From Mustelus asterias (taxonomy: Eukaryota): a stretch of DNA of 64,000 nucleotides. This document shows, piece by piece, positions 1 to 11,662 of this stretch. How positions within the stretch are numbered: the stretch's first letter is position 1; every line of letters starts with the position of its first letter. The stretch is taken from contig NW_027590202.1 in the NCBI RefSeq assembly GCF_964213995.1, forward strand, positions 558,001-622,000, in the 5' to 3' direction. Made by a program: the position numbers and the translations under genes. Under the pieces are notes generated by a model. That model saw only the letters and a list, made by a program, of their open reading frames with translations. It did no database searches and had not been told where the DNA came from.

Positions 1-890
1 GGTTTGCCCAGTTGAAGGAATACTGTACATTTGAGTCATAATTGTTGAAGCAGGGTGTTGTTTGAAAGCATCATAGATTCGAAGAATTAGTTTGGAAAGG
101 GAATAAAAATTAATTTAATTTGAACTGCCGTGTGTTTCTGTTTTAAATAAATTCAGACTGTACTAAAATGTGAAAGGAATGTATTTGGGTTTGAAATTAA
201 GTTGTTCAAGGTTAGAATTGTGAAGGCCAATTTGCTCCCAAAACACAAAGATAAGGCTGCAGTTTGGCAGCAAACCAGTTCCAACTTTCCAAAACATCTG
301 AGTTGAAATTGTTGAGATTCGGTTAACAACATATTTCACAAAGTATTTATTTCAACTTTGTTTAAGTGGCAAATATTGAAAATTGAAATTGGTGTTCAAA
401 AAAGGATAGACCAAAGAGATGAAATTTGAACAAAATTGAAGAAAATAACACGAGAGAAGTTTTTTAAATTATGTCAGTTGATGGAATTGCCAAGTTTCCC
501 CTGCCCACTCCCCGCCTCTCTCGGTTCCACAGAGAAGTTAACCCTTTCAGCAAACAGTCGATTTTTATAAATCTCCACACAGCCTTTGTTTTTTAATGTA
601 ACCTGTGATTGGACATATTAACTCACTGGGATCTTGGCCAGAGCCAGATGGATCGTTTGTGTTTTTTAAAGAGGTGATGATGTTTTCCAGCTCTGAGTGA
701 AGTCAACAGTTTTGAGAATTAAAGCAGAGAATAAAAGACTTTACTTTTCAGAAAACCACCAAGCCTGCTTAGGATACTGGAATTGATAAACATCTGACGT
801 GAGTTGCTATTTCAAGCATTGAAAATGGAAATCACCTGTTGTTTAAGGGAAAGAACAAAGTTGATAATGCCTGGAATCATTCACAGATTT

Positions 891-1193
891 GGGGCAGCAC
901 GGTGGCACAATGGTTCGCACTGCTGCCTCACAGTGCCAGGGACCCGGTTCGAATCCTGACTTGGGTCACTGTCTGGGCGGAGTCTGCACATTCTCCCTGT
1001 GTCTGCGTGGATTTCCTCCAGGTGCTCCAGTTTCCTCTCAGAGTCGAAAAGACGTGCTGGTTAGGTGCATTGGCCATGCTAAATTCTCCCGCAGTGTGCC
1101 AGAGTAGGCGCCGGAGAATGGCGACCGAGTGATTTTCGCAGTAACTTCATTGCAGTGTGAATGTGAGCCTACTTGTGACGAATGAATAAACTT
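891..1193 (+). mobile_element. tRNA-derived V-SINE (HE1-like head, alternative tail)
   Basis: A-box GGTGGCACAATGG, B-box GGTTCGAATCC and V-domain TCTGCACATTCTCCCTGTGTCTGCGTGGATTTCCTCC. The tail ends ...ACTTGTGAC..AATAAACTTT. Confidence 0.9.
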
Positions 1194-1211
1194 TGACTTC
1201 AAATATTCTTA

Positions 1212-1283
1212 AAGTTTTTAAGGTTTATTTATTAGTGTCACAACTAGACTTACATTAACACTGCAATGAAGTTACTGTGAAAT
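1212..1283 (-). mobile_element. Orphan 3' tail of the same SINE or of its partner LINE
   Basis: Reverse complement of the ~1133-1193 tail, with no head. Confidence 0.8.
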
Positions 1284-1454
1284 GTTCGGTTTCTTTTTAA
1301 AGTTATTATGAGTATATTTCATGTTTTAAAAGATTCTCCAGAACTCCGGAAAGTGTAGTTTAAAGGAATGCATACATTCGGGTACGGAACATTCTGGTAA
1401 AGGGGAAGTATAGACGAGGTAAATGAGGTGACAGCTTTTTCTTGGAGATATTTA

Positions 1455-1720
1455 AAGTTTATTTATCAGTGTCACAAGTAAGGCTTATTGCAATGACGTT
1501 ACTGTGAAATTCCCCCAGTCACCACATTCCGGCGCCTGTTTGGGACAATGCTCCTAACCAGCACGTCTTTCAGTCTTTGGGGGGAAACCGGAGTACTCGG
1601 AGGAAACCCACGCAGACACGGGGAGAATGTGCAAACTCCACACAGACAGTGACCCAAGCCGGGAATCAAACCCAGATCCCTGGTGCTGTGAGGCAGCAGT
1701 GCGAGCCACCGTGCCACCCC
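1455..1720 (-). mobile_element. V-SINE (alternative tail)
   Basis: Reverse complement of 891-1193 with small deletions. Confidence 0.9.
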
Positions 1721-2239
1721 TTGTTTGTTTCTTTGTCCATGGACTGTTTGAGAGAAGTGAATTTTGTAATCTGGTCGCCATCTGAGACATTGGGATTGTA
1801 CAGGGGGAAATAAGCAAATATGTTGAGATGGAAAACCCCTTTGACTCCGGCTTTTGACTTTCTTTTGAAGTTTCCAGCAGAATTATTGGATGGTGCATCC
1901 TTTGAAAGAGAGTGGAATTCAGGATGATGATTGGGAAAATACCCAGCACCATCGCTTTAGACCTGATAAACCTTTCACAAATACACAACAAGGATTTGTG
2001 GGAGAGGACAGAGAGATAACAACAAGCAAGACAAAGTACATGTCTGGTTAATAACAACAACATGAGAGACAACATTTAACATGTAGGGAAATGTGTGAAG
2101 ATGGCTTATGAATGTGAGACTCCAACAGAGAATTAAAGGAGGAATTGGAAGACTGATGTGAGATTGCAGAATTGGTTTGTAAGTTGTGAATGAACTAACA
2201 TCCGAGAGTGCACAGTGCAGCTGTATTGAAGAATGAAGT

Positions 2240-2562
2240 GTGGCACGGTGGCACAATGGTTAGCAGTGCTTCGTCACAGCACCAAGGACCCGGGTTCAAT
2301 TCTGGCCTCGGGTCACTGTCTGTGTGGAGTTTGCACAATCTCTCCGTATCTGCGTGGGTTTCCTCCAGGTGCTCCGGTTTCCTCCCACACTCCAAAGATA
2401 TGCAGGTTAGGTTGATTGGCCATAGTAAATTGCTTCTTAGCGTCAGGCGGACTAGCAGGGTAAATAAATGGGGTTTTGGGGATAGGGCCTGGATGGGATT
2501 GTGGTCGGTGCAGACACGATGGGCCAAATGGCCTCCTTCTGCACTGTAATGATTCTATGATT
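2240..2562 (+). mobile_element. HE1-type V-SINE (CR1-like tail)
   Basis: Same head and V-domain. The tail is GATGGGCCAAATGGCCTCCTTCTGCACTG...GATTCTATGATTC. Confidence 0.9.
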
Positions 2563-3529
2563 CAAATGGGACTTTCTCAGCTGCTTGACTAACAGCGTGA
2601 CATGAAATGGTTAATATGGCCTGAAGAGTAAGAAATCATTTTGAAATGATCAAGGCACTGACACAGACTCCAGAGAAACTGACTGGAAGAACAAATTAAA
2701 GTCAATGGAATTTTGGACTGGGACAAATAAAGGCGAGGGAGAAATAATACTGAATAAGAATTATTACAAGATGGAGCAGGTTAAGGAGCAGCTTGAGAAT
2801 CTTTTTGAATCTATGCAATTTATACAGCAATTATATGTTATCACTGCTTTTATATCCAATTATACTGCTTCAATTATATCTAAAAATTAGTTGTGAGAAG
2901 GAGATTGTAAAGGGAATGGAAGTTGGCTACCTTGGGCTAAGCCAATGAGGAAAAGGGGGAAAATGCCAGAGTGAATGAATAGATTTAGTAAAAGGGGTGA
3001 TAGATGTAACACCCCTGCATTAGAGTAAAATCACATGTTAATCAAATGCTCCACATCAAGGTTCTAATATCAGCAAGGTCGTTTATTTGTTTGAGGAACA
3101 AACAGTTTCTAGATTACAGACAAGTCTTTGGGTGAAGTTTTAATAATAAACCTACATAGGCAAGATAGGAATTTTTGAACAATGTTCTGTGTTCTGACTA
3201 ACAGTACAACATTTATACCTGTATTGTAGCTGAGAGCTGTGTTAAAATGCTCAGTGGGATTTGTGAGTGATCTTGGGCTTTGCAGGTTGGACTCTAGTTG
3301 TGGAGGTACTGAGTGCCCCTGGGGCAGGATTTTGGGAAATCGCCTTTGGTTCAGGACCCCGAGGAAGATTCATATTTCTACTTGGGGTGGTCACCCAATG
3401 GAGTTAGTGAAAGTCATCAGTGTTATTTATAATTTTACCTTTCTAAAAATAAACTTTGAAATGGGAATGGGAAAACGGGCTGTAGTCCAGAAGCCAGTGT
3501 TGAGTGTTGTGAGGTACTGAGGAGGGTAT

Positions 3530-4285
3530 CAAGGTCGCAGGAGTGTACCGGCAGACAGGAAGGTGGGTTGAAGTGTGTCTACTTCAATGCAAGGAACATC
3601 TGGAATAAGGCAGGTGAACTTGGAGTGTGGATTGGTACTTGGGACGACGATGTTGTGGCCATTACGGAGACATGGTTAGAACAGGGACAGGAATGGTTGT
3701 TGGAAGTTCTGGGGTATAGATGTTTCAGTAAGAGTAGGGAAGGTGGTAAAAGAGGTGGAGGAGTAGCATTGTTAATCAAGGATAGTTTAACGGCTGCTGA
3801 AAGGCAGTTCGAGGGGGATCTGCCGACTGAGGTAATATGGGCTGAAGTTAGAAATAGGAAAGGAGCGGTCACGTTGTTAGGAGTTTTCTATAGGCCCCCA
3901 AATAGCAATAGAGATGTGGAGGAAGAAATTGCAAAGCAGATTATGGATAGGTGTGGAGGTCACAGGGTAGTTGTCATGGGTGGCTTTAACTTTCCAAATA
4001 TTGATTGGAACGTTTATCGGTCGAATAGTTCGGATGGGGCAGTTTTTGTACAGTGTGTGCAGGAGGGGTTCCTGACACAATATGTGGATAGGCTGACAAG
4101 AGGTGGGGCCACATTGGACTTGGTACTGGGTAATGAAACAGGCCAAGTGTTAGATTTGTTTGTGGGAGAGCACTTTGGAGATAGTGACCACAATTTGGTG
4201 TCTTTCATTATTGCAATGGAGAGGGATAGGGCCATACGGCAGGGCAAGGCTTAGAATTGGGGGAGGTGTAATTATGATGCGATTA
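3530..4285 (+). mobile_element. CR1 LINE ORF2 AP-endonuclease fragment
   Basis: ORF 3568-4254 has the motifs YFNARN, ITETW, GGGVALL, YRPP, FNFP, LDLVL and SDHN. Confidence 0.92.
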
Positions 4286-4368
4286 TTTTGATGCAGCGAA
4301 TGGTAATGACCTGGAACTCGCTGCCTACGAGGGTGGAGGAAGTGGAGACAATAAACAATTACAAATGT

Positions 4369-4441
4369 GCCTGGCAAGCTCAGTCGGTAGAGCATGAGAC
4401 TCTTAATCTCAGGGTCGTGGGTTCGAGCCCCACGTTGGGCG
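4369..4441 (+). tRNA. tRNA-Lys(CTT), near-intact (C4T, T8A)
   Basis: 73 nt matching vertebrate Lys-CTT except at 2 positions, followed by a T7 run at 4448-4454. The invariant U8 is lost, so function is doubtful. Confidence 0.88.
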
Positions 4442-4467
4442 TTGTTGTTTTTTTCTGTGGTTTCTAT

Positions 4468-4592
4468 TGAGAGGGGTGTGGAGGGACATGGTCCAAGTGC
4501 AGATCAGTGGGACTAGGCAAAAAATGGTTCGGCACAGACAAGAAGGGCCCAAAGGCCTGTTTCTGAGATATAATTTTCTATGGTTTCTATGG
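4468..4592 (+). mobile_element. CR1 3' end
   Basis: GAAGGGCCCAAAGGCCTGTTTC stem-loop followed by a TTCTATGG repeat tail. Confidence 0.75.
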
Positions 4593-4875
4593 AAATTGGA
4601 TGGGCGTTTGGGGCATTTCAAAAATAAATGCTAACTAAATATCTCTGAACTTCCTAACACCCAGTCACTCTGTGAACCTTGTGAAATTTGAAACCAGGTA
4701 TTTGCAACAAGAGTCAAAGAGCATCAGCCCACTGGAGGCAAAGTTGTGAGACCGGCCAGTCCAACAGAAAGAAACCCTCCGACCCTCCCCATTGACCAAC
4801 TGTGAGAATGAACAAAATGCAGTCCCGGATGTAATTGAGAGCAGAAACAATAACAGCAGACTCTAATCCCCATAT

Positions 4876-5345
<470 letters not shown>

Positions 5346-5356
5346 TCTTCCCAGTG

Positions 5357-6880
5357 TGTTGTGCCTGATTCAATCGACAAACAGTTTATTGAGTTACGCC
5401 AGCGGGGAGAAGCCACAGGGACTGACCATGTGTAACTCCACCCAACAAAGAATATCATCAATTCTTATCCAGTTACTCAGCCCAACCCGGCTGGACACAA
5501 TCCAATCAGAATGGTGAAAGATTACACACATTATAGGTTCAATAAAATTAGTATCTGGGCATTATGGGGCTTTGTGATCATCTCATGGACAGGTGCCCCC
5601 ATCATGATGCTTTCCAGACCCCCCCCCCCCTTGGGGGGGTCTTTCTTGGGCTTTCTTTGTACTTAGTTAGAAATGGGGTGGATTAAAAGTTCTCAAATGG
5701 ACGTCAGCACTCTTCCTTTGTTTTAATCTAATGACCACATGGTCTGGGAACATTTCTTTTTAATACTCTCTCTTTTTAAGCTCTGTTCTTCAGTATCCAA
5801 TTCCAGAATTTTCCTTTTTATTGCATTACTTGCGTCAGGAATAAATCTTTGGACCTGACAGGAAGTTTAACCCAAGATCAATCCAACACAGGATTGGTCA
5901 GAATCATTTCACATGTGTCAAATTTTAAATAACCATTACAAATTAAAACTCTCATTCTCACATGGGTGAATTGTATCCGGATTAAAATTCCCACATGTTT
6001 AGTAAAATATCCTGGAATCCTGTCTCTGGCCAGTAAATATGGCTCCAGGTTCATAACTTCTGAACAAAAAAAGTTTTATTGATCAAACTTCCTTTTTTTA
6101 AAATCTGTTTGATTTAAATCACAGACAGAAAACCTCAAAGCTTGAAGCGTTCAACCCACAAATATCATCCACACACAAACAGAGAAGCTTAGCATGTGCT
6201 TTACAACAACAATAACCAAAATTAATTACTTAAGTGTTCTTGTGATCCTGTTTGTAAACTTCCAAAGATGCCTTTAATTAAAGACTCAAGATAAGGTTAA
6301 TTCCCCAGGAAAATAAACCTTAACAAATGTAGCCCAAAACAATGATAAAACACATCGACAAACATCCACATAAAACAAACAAAACACACACATTCTCACA
6401 GCTCGTAAATTTCAAACAATGAATCCTCAGCATTCTCTCTCGCAGCTATAGCTTCTTAAAGTGACAGAGCACTACAAGCTCACAACTCCTTGATTAAAAT
6501 AAGATACAAGATCCTTCATTATAACTTAACCTTTTTTAAGCCAACTTACAAGGACTGATTTTAGAGGCAACATCTTTGTTGATTTAAAATCCCAAACACG
6601 TTACACCCAAACACCAGCAAAATCTTTGTCCTTTATCTGGGGATAAAATTCTCAGTTATTCCATATTCCCCCAGGCTATGCTTAATATTTCCGCATTTAA
6701 CTTATTCCCAGAAATCCTCAATTATAAACTAAAATAGACACATGAGTTTCCGGGTAGTCACAGGAATATGGTCAAGATAGTCCAGTCCCACAATGCCTCA
6801 CATTCAATCTGCAGTCCTTCAATTATAACAGAATATGTGGCTGTATGTAGCTGCCTTGGCCATGGTCAACCCCAATCCCA
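5357..6880 (-). mobile_element. Possible LTR-element remnant truncating the zinc-finger exon
   Basis: Starts TGTTGT with TTTATT (polyA signal on the minus strand) about 30 bp in, like the retroviral LTR end at 46227. No coding motif recognised. Confidence 0.35.
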
Positions 6881-6954
6881 AGGGTGCCTTCTTGAACTGC
6901 TGCAATGCCTGAGGTGTACGTACACCCACAGTGCTGTTAGGAAGGGACTTCCAG

Positions 6955-8636
6955 TTACTGAGAGAGACAAGAGATGAAATTGCTGGGCCTCTCACAAAAA
7001 TCTTTGTTTCTTCATTAGACACAGGTGAGGTCCCAGAGGATTGGACGATAGCAAATGTGGTCCCGTTATTTAAGAAGGGTAGCAAGGATAACCGGGTAAT
7101 TATAGGCCAGTGAGCTTGATGTCCGTGGTAGGAAAATTGGTGGAGAAGATTCTTAGAGATAGGATCTATACACAGTTAGAACTGAATAATCTCATTAGCG
7201 ATAGACAACATGGTTTTGTACGAGGGAGGTCATGCCTCACAAATTTGGTTGAGTTTTTTGAGGAGGTGACAAAAAGGACTGACGAGGGAAGGGCCGTGGA
7301 TGTCGTCTGCATGGATTTTAGTCAAGCATTTGACAAGGTCCCTCATGGCAGGCTGGTGCAAAAGGTTAAATCTCACGGGATCAAAGGTGAACTAGCTACA
7401 TGGATACAGAACTGGCTTGGCCATAGAAGTGGAGATGCGGGCGTTGGACTGGGGTAAGCACAGTAAGAAGTCTCACAACACCAGGTTAAAGTCCAACAGG
7501 TTTTTTTGGTAGCAAATACCATTTGCTACCAAATATACCTGTTGGACTTTAACCTGGTGTTGTGAGACTTCTTACTTGGCCATAGAAGACAGAGAGTAGC
7601 AGTGGAAGGGTCTTTTTCTGATTGGAGGTCTGTGACTAGTGGTGTTCCGCAGGGCTCTGTACTGGGACCTCTGCTGTTTGTGATATATATAAATAATTTG
7701 GAAGATGTAGATAGTCTGATTCGTAAGTTTGCGGATGACACAAAGATTGCTGGAGTTGCGGATAGTGATGAACATTGTCAGAGAATACAGCAGGATATAG
7801 ATAGGCTGGAAAATTGGGCAGAGAAATGGCAGATGGAATTTAATCCAGATAGATGAGAAGTGATGCATTTTGTAGATCTAATGCAGAGGGGAGCTATACA
7901 ATAAATGGCAGAACCATCAGGAGTATAGACACGCAGAGGGATCTGGGTGCGCAAGTCCACAGATCCTTAAAGGTGGCAGCACAGGTGGAAAAGGTGGTGA
8001 AGAAGGCACATGGCATGCTTGTCTTTATTGGGGCATAGAGTATAAAAGTTGGCATATGATGTTGCAGTTATATGGAATGTTGGTTAGGCCACATTTGGAA
8101 TACTGCGTCCAGTTCTGGTCGCCACACTACCAGAAGGACGTGGAAGCTTTGGAGAGAGTGCAGAAAAGGTTTACCAGGATGTTGCCTGGTATGGAGGGTA
8201 TTAGCTATGAGGAGAGATTGAGTAAACTAGGGTTGTTCTGCCTGGAAAGACGGAGTTTGAGGGGCGACCTAGTAGAAGTTTATAAAATTATGAAGGGCAT
8301 AGATAGGGCGAACAGTTGGAAGCTATTTCCCAGGTCAGAAATGACAAACACAAGGGGTCACAAGTTCAAGGTAAGGGGGGCAAGGTTCAATACAGATATG
8401 CGGGGGGACGTATTTTACACAGAGGGTGGTGGGGGCCTGGAATGCACTACCAAGCAAGGTGGTTGAGGCAGACACGCCAAGACCATTTAAGACTTATCTA
8501 GATAGCCGCATGAACAGACTGGGAATAGAGGGATACAAACGGATGGTCTAGTTAGGAATACATGATCGGTGCAGGCTTGGAGGGCCGAAGGGCCTGTTCC
8601 TGTGCTGTATTGTTCTTTGCTCTTTGTTCTTTTTTT
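6955..8636 (+). mobile_element. CR1 LINE RT region and 3' end, degenerate
   Basis: VPEDW, QHGF, DFSQAFDKVPH, GVPQGSVLGP, FADD and RPHLEYCVQFW across frameshifts, ending in a TTCTTTG tail. Confidence 0.95.
7430..7574. mobile_element. Penelope-derived foldback stub with 14-bp TSD
   Basis: Matches the termini of the element at 16078-18042. Inverted arms are 7462-7517 and 7521-7576. TSD CTTGGCCATAGAAG lies at 7416-7429 and 7575-7588. Confidence 0.9.
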
Positions 8637-8654
8637 GTGTCTATTTTTCCCCAC

Positions 8655-9140
8655 TATCTCTGCCGCTTCTCCCTTTATGCACCTGCTGTCTCTCCCCCCT
8701 CTTTCCGTGTACTACTATCTTTCTACCCCCTCTCTCTCTCTGCCCCTCTCACTCTACCCCAATCTCTATCCTTCCCACTCACTCTGCTCCATGATGTATC
8801 TGTCCCACGCTTTCACTGCCCCACCTTCTCTCTGTACCTCTCTCACTGCCCCACGCTGTCAGTGCACCTCTCTCTCTTCCCACTCTCCCTCTGCCCCCTC
8901 TCTTTCTCTCTCTCCTCATTCCCAGCGCCCTCTTTCTCTCACTGCACCTTCTCTCTATCTGCCTCCTTCTCTGCCCCCTTTCTCTTTCTCTGCAACCCTC
9001 CCTGCCCTCCCTTCCCCCTCTCTCGCACTGCCCCTCTCGCTCCACCTCACTCTCCCCTTCTTTCTCTCTCTCTCGGTGTCTGATCCTATTGCTTTATTTC
9101 TATGCTCGATATCTCTCCCTCCCTCCCTCTCTCTCGCTGA
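8655..9140. repeat. CT-rich low-complexity tract
   Basis: Pyrimidine-rich imperfect repeats. Confidence 0.9.
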
Positions 9141-9254
9141 GACTGATTCTGGAGCCGCATGACCCTCTTGTCCCCCTTCAAGCTGCATTCCCATTTTGAC
9201 TCCAAATTGACAATGCAACATTTAACTCTGAACCCCAGATGTTTATGGAGGTGC

Positions 9255-9395
9255 CCTCTGTGACCTCACTTCCCTTCAGTTACCTCGTGCCCTCTACGTG
9301 ACCTCACTTGTTCAGGTCACCCCCACCGCTGCACTGCGGGAATTGTAGAACCACTTTCCAAGACGGTGATGTTTGGATGATTGCTGTCCAATCAG
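9255..9395 (-). promoter_or_regulatory. Probable relic promoter (ZNF143/THAP11-type motif plus CCAAT)
   Basis: 9331-9348 reads CTACAATTCCCGCAGTGC on the minus strand. GTGACCTCACTT occurs twice and CCAATC lies at ~9388. Confidence 0.4.
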
Positions 9396-9514
9396 AATGA
9401 AGCAGTGGGATAATGGGCAGCTGGAAGGGTGAATCGGAGAGGTGATATATCATTGTCATTGTTTTGCTGTCAAGTCAGAACAAGGCAGGTGGATATTGGA
9501 CAGTTGACCTAGCC

Positions 9515-10682
9515 AATGCGAGGGTCCAATTAATGTAGTTTATATGGATTTTAGCAAAGCCTTTGACAAGGACCCACATGGGGGAACTGATTGACAAGTT
9601 TAAAGGACATGGAATTCAGGGAAACTTTGCAATGCAGATCCAAAACTGGCTTCGTAATCGTAAACAAAGTATCATCAAAGAAGGCTGCTTGAGTGGCTGA
9701 AGCTGGTGTCTAGTGGCGTGCCACAAAGATCAGTGCAGGGACACATATTGTTTGCTATCTACACAAATAATAAGATGATAATGTAGAGGAATGATAAGCA
9801 AGGTTGGTGGGGTGGTTAAGAGTAAAGAAAAAGGCTGTAGTTGCCAGGAAGATATAGATGGGTTGGTCAGATGGCAGAGCAGTGGCAGATGGTATTTAAT
9901 CCTGATAAGTGCGAGCTGATGCCCTTTGGGAGAAGTAACCAGACAAGGGAGTATTTAATGAATGGCAGGACATGAGGAGGCTCAGAGGAACAGAGGGTTC
10001 TTGGGGTAATTATTCATAGATCCGTCAAGGCCGCAGAGCAGTTGAATATGATATTTAGGAACGCATACAGACACTTGCTTTTAACAGTTTTGGCAGAGAG
10101 TAGAGGAGCAAGGATAATGTTGGAGCTGTACAGAACACTGGTTAGGCCACGGCAGGCATATTGCGTACAGTTCTGGTCATCTCACAATAGGAAGGATGTG
10201 ATTCCACTGGTACAGAGGATATTCACCACACTTTTGCATAGAATGGAGCATTTGAGCAATAACGGGAGACTGGATAGGCTTGGATTGTTATTTTGTTCTA
10301 GAACAGAGGTGGCCGAGGAGACATGATTGAGGTAAATAAGATTATGAGAGGTATGGACATGCTGAATGGGAAGCAGCTATTCCCCTTGGTTGTGGATGAA
10401 TCACAAGAGGCGTAGTTTTGGGGCAAGGAGCAGGGGATTCAGAGGGGATTTGAAAAAAAAAACTCAGTGGATGGTGAGAATCTGGAATGCACTGCCTGTG
10501 AAGGTAATGGAGGCAGGAAATCTTACAACCATTAAAAAGTATTTGGATGAGAACATGAAACATCATAACAGTCAAGGATATGGGACAAGTGCGAGAGCAT
10601 GTAAGTGATGCGACTTGAGTGGTAGTTATTGTGGGTGCAGACTTGATGGACCGATTCTGCTGTACGACTGTATGAATCTATG
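9515..10682 (+). mobile_element. Old CR1 RT and 3' fragment
   Basis: Degenerate DFSKAFDK and YCVQFW motifs, with a TATGAATCTATG tail. Confidence 0.85.
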
Positions 10683-10775
10683 GAGATCCTGTCCTGGCTG
10701 TACCCTCCCCTTTCAGGAAATGTAAATGAAAATGAAAACAAAAATCTGGAAACTCTCAGTGGTTCAGTTCTTCCC

Positions 10776-11662
10776 TTAATGACATTGAGTAAAGGGATAT
10801 TTCATCACATTCTTCAACTGCTCCCTGAACTTAGTCTGGGTGACCGCATAAATAAAGGTATTTGTGCAGCAACTCAGGAGCTGCAGCATGAAGCCCAAGT
10901 CCCGAACAAAAATCGCACTGTATGGAGATGGATACACCAACCAGGACATCTGGAAAGATAAAATATCAATCATTAACGTTGACCATAACAGGATGAAACT
11001 GGCTGAAATAACAAACAGTAAAATGATGGACTTCCTTCGACTTTCTATTTCTGGATCTCTGAGACTCTCCCCATTGCAGTGAGCCCGGAGTCTCCTGCGG
11101 GCTCTGCTCATCACTAAAATGTGTCTGGCGGTGAGAACATTGAGCAGCAGAATCAGAACAAATGGGATACATGGGGTTAGAATGTAATGGAGGAACACAA
11201 TTGCTCCCCAAACTGGAGAAAACAGGACATCAAATGAGTAATTACAAAACCAAGGGTCGTTCATTAATACATACTGACGTGTTACCATAAAATACCAGAA
11301 AATATTCTTTAAGCAGCTCAGCGCAGTCACTGTTCCCAAGGCCACAGATGCCGTTTTCTCGCTGCAATATTTATTTTTCAGCTTCTGGCAACAAATGGCC
11401 ACAAATCGATCAAAGGTGAAAGTGATGGTGAACCAGACAGAACAGTCAGTGGCTGCATAAAGCAGGACGGCGTGGATATTACACACGGGGATGAATTTCA
11501 GGAAATGAAACTGTTCATCAAAAACAATCGGAATGTGTCTCAATATCAGGTCGAGGATAATAACCAGTAGATCCGCCAATGACATGGCCACCAGGTAATG
11601 AGTGATACATCTGGAGAGACCACAGTTTTTGCAGATGAGGATCACAATGGTGACTAAATTCA
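10776..11662 (-). CDS. GPR139/GPR142-like class A GPCR, exon 2
   Basis: Open frame with LADL (TM2), TFDRFVAIC (DRY variant) and NTFIY (NPxxY variant). Acceptor CCTTACAG is phase 1. Confidence 0.92.

Noticed and set aside
839-2549. Recurrent short ORFs of the GHCLCGVCTFSPCLRGFPPG type
   Set aside because: Translations of SINE sequence, recurring at every SINE copy.
1-3500. Possible decayed LTR-element sequence between the SINEs
   Set aside because: No recognisable motif, LTR pair or PBS.
5613-5643. AGAC(C)n-TT-(G)nTCT palindrome
   Set aside because: A homopolymer hairpin with no assignable function and prone to sequencing error.
8562-9221. Long overlapping Ser/Leu/Pro-rich or Glu/Arg-rich ORFs
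   Set aside because: Artefacts of a stop-poor CT-rich tract.
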